Made by a program: the position numbers and the translations under genes. The notes below the pieces were generated by a model. That model ran no database searches. It had not been told where the DNA came from and saw only the letters and a program-made list of their open reading frames with translations. 64,000 nt of DNA from an uncultured Bacteroidales bacterium. GTDB lineage: Bacteria; Bacteroidota; Bacteroidia; Bacteroidales; UBA3663. The stretch spans positions 48,218 through 112,217 of the forward strand of contig CACXTQ010000005.1 in NCBI GenBank assembly GCA_902770595.1, read 5' to 3'. Shown here piece after piece: positions 35,265 through 45,521 of the stretch (positions are counted from its first letter, which is position 1; the number at the start of each line of letters is the position of its first letter).

Positions 35265-37001
35265 ATGAAAACGAGTATAAACATCAATCTGTTCGGCACG
35301 CTATACGCCATCGACGAGGACGCACACCAGCTGCTCAGACAGTATCTCGACAACATGAAGAGTTACTTCAGCAAGCAGGAAGGAGGCGACGAAATCTCGG
35401 ACGACATCGAACACCGCGTAGCTGAACTCTTCTGGGAACTGAAACAGGCCGGCAACGAATCGATCACCATTGAGCAAGTGAGAAGCATCATCCAGGAAAT
35501 CGGCAATCCCGAAGATTTGGGTGGATCACAGACCAGCGACGAAGGGCGACCCACTGACGATGGACAAAATACGAACAATGATGGTCAGCAATCGACCGAC
35601 GGAAGCCAACAGTTCAAGCAAGACATAAAGGACTCTGTACGCAATGCAGGATCGAAGACCAGGGACTGGATGAGCCATCGCCGCTATTACCGCGACCCTC
35701 AGGACAAAATGGTAGGAGGCGTTCTCTCAGGATTAGCACATTACTTCGGCAACGGTGACCCCATCATCTGGCGTCTGCTTTTCGTGGTGCTGACTCTCTT
35801 TGGCCTTGCCATCCCCATCATTCCCATCTATCTGATAGTCTGGCTCTGTGCTCCCGAGGCAAAGACCGCCGAAGAACGCCTTCGCATGAAGGGTATGGAG
35901 GTAAACCCCGAGAACATCAAGTCGCAGGTGCTGGGCTATGACGATCCCTCGACAAGCACGCAGCAGAACAACAGCGGATGCCTGGGCAGCTTTACAGGAC
36001 TGATGGCCATTTGCTTCAAGATACTTCTTGTACTGTTGGCCATCCCCGTTCTCTTCGTCATCGCTGTTGTGCTCTTCGCCCTCTTTGCCGTATTGTTCAG
36101 CCTCGTAGCAAGCCTCTTCGGACTGGCAACCGGCCTCACTGCAGGCGGCACTTCGCTGATCGGATCGGTTATCGCTCCCGAGAAATGGACCATCCTCGCC
36201 CTTGTCCTGGCTGCGCTGGCGTTCATCGCTCTCATCATCTACACAATCTATCGATTCTTCCATCGCGACCGTACTCCCGCCAGCGGACTCACCTATATTA
36301 TCCTCTTCGCGCTGATGCTCCTGTCTGCACTGATTGGCTGGACCAGCATCAACAGACTATCGCAAAAGTGGCACGACGTGGACTGGAGTTCCGTCATCAA
36401 TGGCGTCGATTGGGATATTGACGACGACGATTGGGAGAACCGAGGCAGTACAGTCTATTGTGACTCAATCTATTCCATCCCAGCCTTCAACAAGGTGGAG
36501 GTTCTGGGAATCGCCCGGGTAATCTACCGCAAGGGGGACAGCTGCAGCGTGCGCGTCAATGCCGCTGACTTCCTGCTGAAACACACCATCATCGAAGAGG
36601 AGGACGGAAAGCTGCTCATCACGCAGGACGACCAGCTGGGCCACAAGAATAATCTGGGCAACTTGAACCTGAAGGTATATGTCACGGCCCCTTACATCAC
36701 CAACCTCTGGATGCGCGGCATCGGAAAGGTTGAATTCGACGGACAAATCGAACAGGAACAGCCCATGCGTTTGGAACTGGAAGGTATCGGCAAGGTTGAT
36801 ATCGAAAACGTGACCTGCCCCAAGCTCGAAGTGGTGAACAAGGGTGCCGGAAAGGTGGACATCAAAGCCTACGTGGACAGCCTTATTGTCTCTAACGAGG
36901 GCATCGGCAAGATTGACATCGAAGGACGTGCCTACAGCTATCAGCGCAACAACGAAGGCATTGGCTCCATCGATGACAACGAACTGAAAATAGGAATGTA
37001 A
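35265..37001 (+). CDS. PspC-domain membrane protein with C-terminal DUF2807/GIN-type beta-helix
   Basis: 578 aa. RRYYRDPQDKMVGGVLSGLAHYFGNGDPIIWRLLFV (PspC), several TM spans, and repeated GIGKVD/GAGKVD/GIGKID turns. Confidence 0.8.
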   Translation: MKTSININLFGTLYAIDEDAHQLLRQYLDNMKSYFSKQEGGDEISDDIEHRVAELFWELKQAGNESITIEQVRSIIQEIGNPEDLGGSQTSDEGRPTDDGQNTNNDGQQSTDGSQQFKQDIKDSVRNAGSKTRDWMSHRRYYRDPQDKMVGGVLSGLAHYFGNGDPIIWRLLFVVLTLFGLAIPIIPIYLIVWLCAPEAKTAEERLRMKGMEVNPENIKSQVLGYDDPSTSTQQNNSGCLGSFTGLMAICFKILLVLLAIPVLFVIAVVLFALFAVLFSLVASLFGLATGLTAGGTSLIGSVIAPEKWTILALVLAALAFIALIIYTIYRFFHRDRTPASGLTYIILFALMLLSALIGWTSINRLSQKWHDVDWSSVINGVDWDIDDDDWENRGSTVYCDSIYSIPAFNKVEVLGIARVIYRKGDSCSVRVNAADFLLKHTIIEEEDGKLLITQDDQLGHKNNLGNLNLKVYVTAPYITNLWMRGIGKVEFDGQIEQEQPMRLELEGIGKVDIENVTCPKLEVVNKGAGKVDIKAYVDSLIVSNEGIGKIDIEGRAYSYQRNNEGIGSIDDNELKIGM

Positions 37002-37002
37002 G

Positions 37003-37563
37003 ATGATTACCGAGCAACAACTTATCGAAGTGGGCTTCATCGCCAAGCTCCACGGCCTGAAAGGCGAGATGCAGGCCCGCATCACCGATGGCGTCATCGA
37101 CGAGGTGGAGCACTGCCCCTACCTGGTGTGCGAACTGGATGGCATCTATGTTCCGTTCTTCCTCGAAAGCCTGCGTTTCCGCTCGTCGGAGAGCGCACTC
37201 CTGAAGTTCGAAGACATCGACTCGGCAGAAAAGGCCGAACCCTTCTGCGGGCTGAAACTATACTTCGACCGCAAGTGTTTCACGCCCGAAGAACAGAAGC
37301 AATATGAGGAAAAGGTCGAGGAAGACCTTGAATTCATCGGTTACCAGCTCATCGACAAGACCCTGGGGCCTATCGGCGAAATCGTGGACATCAACGACCT
37401 GACCGAGAATGTGCTTTTCATCGTCGAACATGAGGGGGAAGAAATAATGATTCCCGCCGCCGATGACCTTATCCTGGACATCGACGACGAGAACGAGACC
37501 ATACTCATGGACTTGCCCCAAGGACTTGTCAACTTCGATGAAGCAGAAACAGACGAAGAATAG
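37003..37563 (+). CDS. rimM: 16S rRNA processing protein RimM
   Basis: 186 aa. IAKLHGLKGEM and PRC-barrel C-terminus, with an acidic tail. Confidence 0.85.
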   Translation: MITEQQLIEVGFIAKLHGLKGEMQARITDGVIDEVEHCPYLVCELDGIYVPFFLESLRFRSSESALLKFEDIDSAEKAEPFCGLKLYFDRKCFTPEEQKQYEEKVEEDLEFIGYQLIDKTLGPIGEIVDINDLTENVLFIVEHEGEEIMIPAADDLILDIDDENETILMDLPQGLVNFDEAETDEE

Positions 37564-37564
37564 G

Positions 37565-37607
37565 CTAGATCGTCTAGATAATCCAAGAGGTCTAGAAAGT
37601 CTAGAAC
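37565..37607. repeat. 9-bp phased CTAGA words directly after the rimM stop
   Basis: ctaga at 37565, 37574, 37592 and 37601 (spacings 9/18/9), between convergent genes. Confidence 0.8.
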
Positions 37608-37617
37608 AAAACGAATA

Positions 37618-38478
37618 TTATTTATTGAACCGAATCACCACCCAGTCGTGACGACTACGGTGATGATGATAAACAAGACCCAGCTGTTCGGCGCAAGCTC
37701 GGATGGCTGGGACATCTGTCTCGTAGAATCCGCTCATCAACAAGGTGGCGCCCGGGCGCATAACGCCAACATAACGCTCCATGTCCTGCAAAAGGACATT
37801 GCGATTGATGTTGGCTAGGACAAGATCGTAAGTAGGACCTTCGGCGAGCAGTGAGGCATCTCCACATTCTACCTTCATTCGTCCGGCCAATCCATTGTAG
37901 AGCACATTGTCAACAGCATTGGCAGCCACCCAGTCGTCAATCTCGATGGCACGCACTTGTTCGGCGCCAACAAGGGCACACAGAATGCCGAGTACGCCTG
38001 TACCTGTTCCCATATCCAGCACCTTGCCCGTCGGCTTGATTTCCAGTATCTCTTCAAGCAATTGGCTTGTCGTCTCGTGCGTTCCCGATCCGAACGACAT
38101 ACGCGGATCGATGATCACATCATATCGGCACGCGGGAATCTGGCTGGCAGGAGTGAGCGGCGAATGCACACAGCACTCCTCTCCCACCACGATGGGTTCG
38201 AACTGCCGGCTTTGCTCCCACTGATGGTTCCAATCCTGCATCTCGATAACCTGTGATTCCCATGTCACCTTGACATCGGGCAAGGGAAGATTGGCAAGCA
38301 AAGCATCGAGTTGATGGCCTGAGAACTGTTTCTCTGATATATATGCCTTAAGACAGGAGGTCTCACCACCTTCCGTAGCAAATGAATCGAAACCCAGCGG
38401 AGCCAATAAGGCAGCAAGGATATCACACGTCTCCTCTGCAAATGGCGTGGGCATTAATTTGACTTCTATATAATCCAT
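37618..38478 (-). CDS. prmA: Ribosomal protein L11 methyltransferase
   Basis: 286 aa. IIDPRMSFGSGTHETT and SAM motif VLDMGTGTGVLG. Confidence 0.9.
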   Translation of the reverse strand: MDYIEVKLMPTPFAEETCDILAALLAPLGFDSFATEGGETSCLKAYISEKQFSGHQLDALLANLPLPDVKVTWESQVIEMQDWNHQWEQSRQFEPIVVGEECCVHSPLTPASQIPACRYDVIIDPRMSFGSGTHETTSQLLEEILEIKPTGKVLDMGTGTGVLGILCALVGAEQVRAIEIDDWVAANAVDNVLYNGLAGRMKVECGDASLLAEGPTYDLVLANINRNVLLQDMERYVGVMRPGATLLMSGFYETDVPAIRACAEQLGLVYHHHRSRHDWVVIRFNK

Positions 38479-38546
38479 AAAGTGTTAAATGTTAAATTTC
38501 AAATGTTAATTGAAGCCCCTTTTTGTTAAATCTCTTTTCATCGCTG

Positions 38547-38554
38547 CAAATATA
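38547..38554 (-). promoter_or_regulatory. -7 box TATATTTG (minus strand) upstream of prmA
   Basis: The plus strand reads caaatata. Confidence 0.5.
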
Positions 38555-38652
38555 GCTATTTTTTTGCTTGTCAAGGCCAAATTAATCAAAGTTTTTTTAA
38601 ACTTTTATTAGGATTCCCCGTCCAAACACTGAAAATTAAAACCTAGATAGCA

Positions 38653-39900
38653 ATGATGAAACGTTTGATTCTAGCTGCGCTGGCAGTGGCAGTGACACTT
38701 CCCGCAGCAATCTCGACCCAGGCTCAGGACGACGTCTATTACAGCCGTAAGAACAGCCGCAAGCAGGCTTACGAATCGACTTCGAACGACGTTTGGTCCA
38801 CCAAAGCCAATGACGATTGGGACGTTGACGCCTACAACCGTCGGTCGTCTTCGTTCAACACTACTCCCGAAATAACACTGCAGAGCGACAGCCTGATGCT
38901 TTCGGCTCAACCTAAGACTGTCCCCGATACCATCTATGTGGTAGAGCAGTATTATAACAGCAACCGTATTCGTCGTTTCCACAATCCACGCTTCACCTGG
39001 TGGATGTGGGACCCCTGGTACGACGTAGCCTACTGGGATCCATACTTCTGGGATTACTGCTACTGGGATCCCTGGTGGTATGTCACCCCCGCCTTCGGTT
39101 TTCACTGGGGCAACTGGTGGTATGGTTGGAACTACGGCTACTATACCGGATGGTACGGCGGGTGGTATTCTCCCTTCTATCATCCCTATCCCCACTACTG
39201 GGGTCTCTACGGGTGTGGTGGAGGCGGTGGCTACCGCAACAACATGGGCGGACACTATGCCCACTATGATGGGCATGGAATGGGGAATCACTATGGTCGA
39301 AACGGCTTCCATAGCGGACGCGATAATACGCGCACATCTTCAATCTCCACCCAACCGGGCATTGCCAGCCGAAATGGTGCCAACCTTCGCAACAGCAACA
39401 TGCGAGGCGATATGCGCCGCGGCAATCGCGGACGTGATGGCGGCAACGTGGCAACACGTGGTGGCAACGGTACTCGCGGCGGTAACGGATCGCGCGGTAC
39501 TATAGGCGCAGATGGCAGAACATCCACTCGTCCTGGATCGGGCAACAACCCTGCCGTGAGCACGCGCAGCAATCGCAACTTCGACAACAGCAGTGCTCGG
39601 CGTAGCGCCAATGGTGTACGCCAATCCGACGACGGACGCACAAGCACACGCCAAACTGGTGTTAGCGGTACCCGCAGCAGTTCACGCGGCAGTGCCAGTG
39701 TCAGCGGAAGAGGCGTTGGCGGCTTTCACATCGGCGGTGGCGGCTACAGCGGCGGAAGCTCTCGCAGCAGCGGTGGCGGCTATAGTGGCGGCACACGCAG
39801 TGGCGGTGGCGGTGGCGGCGGCAGCTACAGCGGCGGCGGTGGCGGCGGTGGCAGCCACAGCGGTGGCGGCGGTGGACACAGCGGCGGCGGTCGTCGATAA
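38653..39900 (+). CDS. Secreted low-complexity protein (W/Y/P-rich core, then R/G/S/N-rich and poly-Gly tail)
   Basis: 415 aa. Signal peptide ...AISTQAQ; YFWDYCYWDPWWYVTPAFGFHWGNWWYGWNYGYYTGWYGGWY; ends GGGGGGSYSGGGGGGGSHSGGGGGHSGGGRR. Confidence 0.6.
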   Translation: MMKRLILAALAVAVTLPAAISTQAQDDVYYSRKNSRKQAYESTSNDVWSTKANDDWDVDAYNRRSSSFNTTPEITLQSDSLMLSAQPKTVPDTIYVVEQYYNSNRIRRFHNPRFTWWMWDPWYDVAYWDPYFWDYCYWDPWWYVTPAFGFHWGNWWYGWNYGYYTGWYGGWYSPFYHPYPHYWGLYGCGGGGGYRNNMGGHYAHYDGHGMGNHYGRNGFHSGRDNTRTSSISTQPGIASRNGANLRNSNMRGDMRRGNRGRDGGNVATRGGNGTRGGNGSRGTIGADGRTSTRPGSGNNPAVSTRSNRNFDNSSARRSANGVRQSDDGRTSTRQTGVSGTRSSSRGSASVSGRGVGGFHIGGGGYSGGSSRSSGGGYSGGTRSGGGGGGGSYSGGGGGGGSHSGGGGGHSGGGRR

Positions 39901-39910
39901 AAGCTAAATC

Positions 39911-39943
39911 GATAGCGGCATCCTATCAGGGATGGCCGCTATC
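39911..39943 (+). terminator. Bulged hairpin after the low-complexity gene
   Basis: gatagcggcatcc pairs with ggatggccgctatc (one bulged G). There is no strong T-run. Confidence 0.4.
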
Positions 39944-39995
39944 TTGAAAATCAACGTGAAAAAGCATATTATTTAATTCGAACATCCTCATATAT

Positions 39996-41555
39996 ATGAA
40001 ACGAATTATAACATCAGCAGCCGCCATCCTATTGGTTGCTGCATCAGCAAACGCACAAAATATTGTCAATGCCGCACATATTGGCTCCGAAAGCATTAGT
40101 GGAACTGCACGTTATCGGTCGATGGCAGGAGCCTTTGGCGCATTGGGTGGCGACCCATCGGTAATCACCGACAACCCTGCCGGCTTGGCTATTTATCGCG
40201 GAACCAATGTTTTGACCATCACCCCACACTGGGGATTCACTGGCACAAAATCGAAAGGTTCGGAAGAAGCCACCAATAGCGACCACAACTTTGCTCTCTC
40301 GAACCTGGCAGCGATCTTCTCTTACCGCACGCCCAATAGCGACAACCTCGTGAACTTCAACTTCGCCCTCAGCATCGACCGTCAGTACGAGAACAATTCG
40401 AAATACAATACCATCATTGATGGAGGAAGCAGCTTTGGTCAGTACCTTACGAACCAGGCCAACAACTATCTTGGCGGAACACTGTCTCCTCAAACGGAAT
40501 TCGACTGGTATAACAACGGCTCGCGGGCACCATTCCTTTCAATGATGGCCTACGACATCTATGCCATTGTCGATGATCCCCACAATCCTCACGCTGTGAT
40601 TGATCCGATGAAAGGACAGACAGCCTACAAGCGCCTTTTCGTCGATGAAGACACACGCTTGGATCATTACAACATCTCCGGTGCCTTCAACTTCAACGAT
40701 GTCTTCTACTTGGGAGCCACGATGAGCATCTCCGATTATCGGTCAATCCAGCGGACTGAATTTGACGAAGACTATTCTTACGACTACGATGGCAGTTACA
40801 TTGCGTATGACAACAAAGTTGAATTCAAAGGTTCTGGCATCGACTTCAAAGCGGGTGTAATCTGGTCTCCTTTCGACAGTTGGCGAATTGGTGCATCTGT
40901 ACACACTCCTACATGGACCACCATCAGCGAATACTACGAGGGATCCATGATTACCGATGACGAACATGTGAGCGATTGGAGCACATACTACGACAGTTGG
41001 AAATATGAGTTCAGCACACCTTGGGAATATCAGTTCTCAGCAGCCTACATCTTTGGAACAAGAGGACTCTTGAGCGTCGAGTATGACCTTCGCGACTTCA
41101 CGACCATGGAATACTCTCATAACCGCAGCTATGGCTTGACCGACAACTACTTCAGCTACGCCAATGACTGCATCGACACTTACCTGCAGCCTCAACACAC
41201 CTTCAAGGTTGGTGGCGAGTATCGTATCACAAAGAATCTGAGCGGTCGTCTGGGATATGCATTCGTCACATCACCCTTTACCGACGATGCCCTCTACGGC
41301 AACGTTGCTGCCGGCGACATCAACCAGTGCTTCTATGAGACTACCAAAGTCAACTACCAAACCCTTGGCAACCAATACTACATCACGGGAGGTTTGGGCT
41401 GGAGCGGCGCGAACTGGTACATTGACGCAGCCTTCATGTACCATCATTCGAAGATTCATGCTGCCGCTTATCCCGGTGACTTTGCACCCACTGAGCCCAT
41501 TGACGTGAACTTCGGCGAAAAGAATGTCGATGTCACCATCGGTTACAGATTCTAA
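39996..41555 (+). CDS. FadL/TodX/OMPP1-like outer-membrane beta-barrel protein
   Basis: 519 aa with a signal peptide. GTARYRSMAGAFGALGGDPSVITDNPAGLA resembles the FadL-family N-terminal hatch motif. C-terminal ...VTIGYRF. Confidence 0.5.
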   Translation: MKRIITSAAAILLVAASANAQNIVNAAHIGSESISGTARYRSMAGAFGALGGDPSVITDNPAGLAIYRGTNVLTITPHWGFTGTKSKGSEEATNSDHNFALSNLAAIFSYRTPNSDNLVNFNFALSIDRQYENNSKYNTIIDGGSSFGQYLTNQANNYLGGTLSPQTEFDWYNNGSRAPFLSMMAYDIYAIVDDPHNPHAVIDPMKGQTAYKRLFVDEDTRLDHYNISGAFNFNDVFYLGATMSISDYRSIQRTEFDEDYSYDYDGSYIAYDNKVEFKGSGIDFKAGVIWSPFDSWRIGASVHTPTWTTISEYYEGSMITDDEHVSDWSTYYDSWKYEFSTPWEYQFSAAYIFGTRGLLSVEYDLRDFTTMEYSHNRSYGLTDNYFSYANDCIDTYLQPQHTFKVGGEYRITKNLSGRLGYAFVTSPFTDDALYGNVAAGDINQCFYETTKVNYQTLGNQYYITGGLGWSGANWYIDAAFMYHHSKIHAAAYPGDFAPTEPIDVNFGEKNVDVTIGYRF

Positions 41556-41570
41556 AAATCTTCAATAATA

Positions 41571-44012
41571 GTGGAGAATTACCTATCAACACTCAATGAG
41601 AGCCAACGGGCCGCCGTAGAATACTGCGACGGCCCTCAACTTGTAATTGCCGGTGCAGGTTCGGGCAAGACGCGCGTCTTGACCATGAAGATCGCCTATC
41701 TTTTGACCCACGGATATCGTCCCCAGGACATTATTGCACTGACCTTTACCAAGAAGGCAGCCACCGAGATGCAGCAACGTATCCAGCAGATTGTTGGTCC
41801 TGCACCCGCCCGACGACTCTGGATGGGCACCTTTCACTCGCTCTTCTGCCGTATCCTCCGACGCGAAGCGGGTCGTCTGGGTTTTCGCTCCGACTTCACC
41901 ATCTACGACCAGACCGACTCCCGCTCCTTGATCAAAACCATCATCAAGGAGATGGAGCTCGATGACAAGATCTATAAGCCCAACAGCGTGCAAGCTCAGA
42001 TTTCAAACGCGAAGAACAACCTGATTACTCCGGGTATGTACAGCGCAAACAAGGAACTGCTCACCTATGATGCACGCTCCAAGCGCCCACTGCTGCACAT
42101 TATCTACCGGAACTACTGGAACCGCTGTTTCCAGGCAGGAGCCATGGACTTCGACGACCTGTTGGTCTATACCAACATCCTCTTCCGCGACCATCCCGAT
42201 GTGCTCGAGTTCTACCAGCAGTATTTCAGCTATGTGCTCGTCGATGAGTACCAGGACACCAACCGTGCCCAGCATCTCATCGTAGAGCAGCTTGCTGCCA
42301 AGCACGGTCATCTCTGCGTAGTGGGTGACGATGCCCAGTCAATCTATTCTTTCCGTGGCGCCAATATCCACAACATTCTGGATATGCAGCACAAGATCCC
42401 CGACACCAAGCTCTTCAAGCTGGAGCAGAACTATCGCTCGACGCAAAACATTGTGGATGCCGCCAATTCGCTCATTGCGAAGAACAAGGATCAGATACGC
42501 AAGACAATCTTCAGCGAAAACGACCGAGGCTCGAAACTCATCCTCACCGGCACCTATTCCGACCTGGAGGAATCCTATCAGGTGGCAGGACGCGTACAGT
42601 CGCTTCACGACGACCAGGGTTACAACTACCGCGACATCGCCATCCTATACCGCACCAATGCGCAAAGCCGCACCCTCGAGGAAGCCCTGCGCAAACGCAA
42701 CATCCTCTATCGCATCTACGGAGGCTTGTCGTTCTATCAGCGCAAGGAGATCAAGGATATCATCAGCTATCTGCGACTCATCACCAATCCTGCCGACGAG
42801 GAGGCATTTAAGCGCATCGTCAATTATCCGGCTCGCGGCATTGGTCAAACCACCATCAACAAGATTGCAGCCATCGTGGCAACCGGCAAGACCTTCTTCG
42901 ATGTGTGCTCCGATCCCGAGGCCCACAACCTGGATGTCAACAAGAGCACAGCCGCCAAGTTGCGCGGGTTCACAGCGCTTATCCAGCATTTCCAGGAACT
43001 GAACGAACAACTCAACGCTTATCAGCTTTGCGATCGCGTCATCGTCGAGAGTGGCATCAAAGCCGACCTGGCTCAGGACAACACTGTCGAAGCAATAAGC
43101 CGTCGTGAAAATGTCCAGGAACTTCTGTCAGCTATTCAGACGTTTACACTGGGAGCCGTTGAAGAAGGTCGCGAAGTCAAACTCGTCGATTTCCTTGCCG
43201 ACGTCTCTTTGAGCGGAGATTTGGAACCCGAAGGACACGACGCCGACGACGACATCAAGAACTCCGATTATGTTTCCCTGATGACCATCCATTCGGCCAA
43301 GGGTCTCGAATTCAAGAATGTATTTATCGTAGGTATCGAGGAGAACCTGCTGCCTTCCGAAATGTCGCTCAACGAACCTGGTGGTGTAGAAGAAGAGCGT
43401 CGCCTGCTCTACGTGGCCATCACCCGTGCCGAAGAGAATTGCTTTATGAGCTATGCCAAGTCTCGTTTTCGCAACGGAAAGAGCGAAGCAAGCCGTCCAA
43501 GCCGATTTATCAAGGATATCGACAGGCAATTCATCCAGCAGACCGGCAGCCCGGATTCAAGCACCGACTACGGCAGCGCAGGCGGTGGAAGGTTCGGCTT
43601 CGACTATGGTGGGCACAGCAGCTTTGGCACAGCGGGCAAAGAGGGAAGGACGATAGACAAGCGCAACATTGTCTGGCATCATCCCGGAGAACTACCCGAG
43701 ATACAAAAGCGCCCGGAACCGAAACCCTCTCCGCTCGACCTCTCCGGTCCCATCCGCAAGACCATTCGTCCCAACGGAGCATACACCGAGGGAATGAAGC
43801 CCAAGGCCAGCACTGCTTCATCCGAATCAGCCACCATCACCTTCAATGGCCAGCTTTTGCAGGCAGGCACACGCATCGCCCACGACCGTTTCGGCGAAGG
43901 CACCATCACTTCGGTCGATGGCAGCAACGACAGCGCACGCATCTCAGTCAATTTCGACCATGTCGGGAACAAAACCCTCCTCCTGAAATTCGCAAAAATC
44001 AAAGTGATATAA
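41571..44012 (+). CDS. UvrD/PcrA/Rep-family ATP-dependent DNA helicase
   Basis: 813 aa from a GTG start. AGAGSGKT (Walker A), VDEYQDTN, a YRS..NI block, and a C-terminal Tudor-like HDRFGEGTITSV. Confidence 0.92.
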   Translation: MENYLSTLNESQRAAVEYCDGPQLVIAGAGSGKTRVLTMKIAYLLTHGYRPQDIIALTFTKKAATEMQQRIQQIVGPAPARRLWMGTFHSLFCRILRREAGRLGFRSDFTIYDQTDSRSLIKTIIKEMELDDKIYKPNSVQAQISNAKNNLITPGMYSANKELLTYDARSKRPLLHIIYRNYWNRCFQAGAMDFDDLLVYTNILFRDHPDVLEFYQQYFSYVLVDEYQDTNRAQHLIVEQLAAKHGHLCVVGDDAQSIYSFRGANIHNILDMQHKIPDTKLFKLEQNYRSTQNIVDAANSLIAKNKDQIRKTIFSENDRGSKLILTGTYSDLEESYQVAGRVQSLHDDQGYNYRDIAILYRTNAQSRTLEEALRKRNILYRIYGGLSFYQRKEIKDIISYLRLITNPADEEAFKRIVNYPARGIGQTTINKIAAIVATGKTFFDVCSDPEAHNLDVNKSTAAKLRGFTALIQHFQELNEQLNAYQLCDRVIVESGIKADLAQDNTVEAISRRENVQELLSAIQTFTLGAVEEGREVKLVDFLADVSLSGDLEPEGHDADDDIKNSDYVSLMTIHSAKGLEFKNVFIVGIEENLLPSEMSLNEPGGVEEERRLLYVAITRAEENCFMSYAKSRFRNGKSEASRPSRFIKDIDRQFIQQTGSPDSSTDYGSAGGGRFGFDYGGHSSFGTAGKEGRTIDKRNIVWHHPGELPEIQKRPEPKPSPLDLSGPIRKTIRPNGAYTEGMKPKASTASSESATITFNGQLLQAGTRIAHDRFGEGTITSVDGSNDSARISVNFDHVGNKTLLLKFAKIKVI

Positions 44013-44018
44013 TCTAGC

Positions 44019-44054
44019 CCCCTAAAACGACAAGCGTGTCAAGGAATTTCCCTT
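44019..44054. terminator. Strong bidirectional terminator (15-bp stem)
   Basis: acaagcgtgtcaagg pairs with ccttgacacgcttgt, with a 6-nt loop and a following GTTTTTT. Confidence 0.85.
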
Positions 44055-44130
44055 GACACGCTTGTGTTTTTTACTATAGTGACTATATTATCTATAGGAA
44101 CTATAATGTATTATGAACTATCTCTCGCTA

Positions 44131-45480
44131 TTAAGCCAGCAGCTTCTGGAACTCTTCGAAGGTTACCTCCTTCTGCTCGAGAGTGATGGCATTGCCGACG
44201 AAGTTCATGATCTTGCGGGTGATGGCACTATCACGAAGCTGGCCGCGCTGCTTCTCATCCTTAACCATATCCTCGGCGTACTGCTTTACATACTCCTCAG
44301 GGATGTCGGTAAGGCCGTACTGAGCCATCTGAGCCTGTACGTGTCCAGTAGCCTCAGCCTTGATGTCGTCGTCAGAGATCTTGATGTCATTGGCTGCAAC
44401 AATCTTCTCTTCGATGAGCTGCCAAGTCAGGTCCTCCATCATCTTGGGGAAGTCCTCATCAAGCTTCTTGGCATCGCGCTTCTCGTCTTTCGAGAGGAGC
44501 CACTTCTTGAGGCTTGCCTCGGGGAACTTGAGCTCACCTACCTGGTCGATGAGAGTCTTGCGGGTATCGACGCTGAACTTATAGTCGCTGCTGCTCTTGT
44601 ACTGAAGTGCGATCTGAGTAGCAACGGTCTTGCGGAACTGCTCCTCGGTGGTGCACTCGTCACCGAACACCTTCTTGAAGAACTCTTCGTTGAGCTGGGC
44701 TGGCTCGTGGTGGTTGATCTCGGTGATGGTGAAACGGAAGTTGGAAGTCAGGCCTTCTACCTCCTCCTTCTTCTTGCCAAGCAACGATGCGAGCTCGTTT
44801 ACGTTGTTGTCGTAGGCAGCAGCAGGATTGAAGTCAACGCTTGAGAACTTCTTAGCGCCCTCAAACTTGGCTTTCTCATCATCGCTCTTCATATAGCGAG
44901 GATAAACGGTGGTGCCTTCGTACAGGATGCCACCCTCCTTGATATTGCCGTCGGCATCGAGCTCGGCGATGTCACCCTTGATGACGTCATCCTGGGTAGC
45001 AGTATCAGCATTCACATACTCGCCGTACTGAGTCTGGTAAGCCTTCACCTGGTTGTCGATCATCTCATCGTTAACCTTGATGTTGTAGTAAGGCACCTTC
45101 ACGCTCTTGTCAACGGTAAGACTGAACTCTGGAGCAATAGCAATGTCGAAGCTTACGGTGAAGTTCTCTTCGTTGGCAAAATCGACAGGCTTCTGATCCT
45201 GAGCAACCATAGGCTCACCAAGGACGTTAAGCTTGTTGTCGGCGATATACTTGTACATCGAATCGTTGATCAGTTTGTTCACCTCATCGATAACGATCTG
45301 TGTGCCATACATTCTCTTGACAAGGCTGGCAGGAACCATACCTTTGCGGAAACCAGGCATCTGTACCTTCTTGCGGGTCTCCTTGATCTGCTTCTCAACT
45401 GCTTCTGCGTAGTCGGCCTTCTCGATGTCGAGGCTAAGGACGATATTTACGTCATCTACGACTTTCTTTGTAATATTCAT
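44131..45480 (-). CDS. tig: Trigger factor
   Basis: 449 aa. PGFRKGMVP ribosome-binding signature at the N-terminus. Confidence 0.9.
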   Translation of the reverse strand: MNITKKVVDDVNIVLSLDIEKADYAEAVEKQIKETRKKVQMPGFRKGMVPASLVKRMYGTQIVIDEVNKLINDSMYKYIADNKLNVLGEPMVAQDQKPVDFANEENFTVSFDIAIAPEFSLTVDKSVKVPYYNIKVNDEMIDNQVKAYQTQYGEYVNADTATQDDVIKGDIAELDADGNIKEGGILYEGTTVYPRYMKSDDEKAKFEGAKKFSSVDFNPAAAYDNNVNELASLLGKKKEEVEGLTSNFRFTITEINHHEPAQLNEEFFKKVFGDECTTEEQFRKTVATQIALQYKSSSDYKFSVDTRKTLIDQVGELKFPEASLKKWLLSKDEKRDAKKLDEDFPKMMEDLTWQLIEEKIVAANDIKISDDDIKAEATGHVQAQMAQYGLTDIPEEYVKQYAEDMVKDEKQRGQLRDSAITRKIMNFVGNAITLEQKEVTFEEFQKLLA

Positions 45481-45521
45481 TGTTAGGTTTGTATTAATTA
45501 TATAGTTTTCGATTTCTTTGT

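Noticed and set aside
39080-39907. Several ORFs on both strands over the Gly/Arg/Ser-rich 3' half of 38653..39900
   Set aside because: The GGC/GGT/AGC repeats keep all frames open. Only the chosen frame connects to the signal peptide and the aromatic block.
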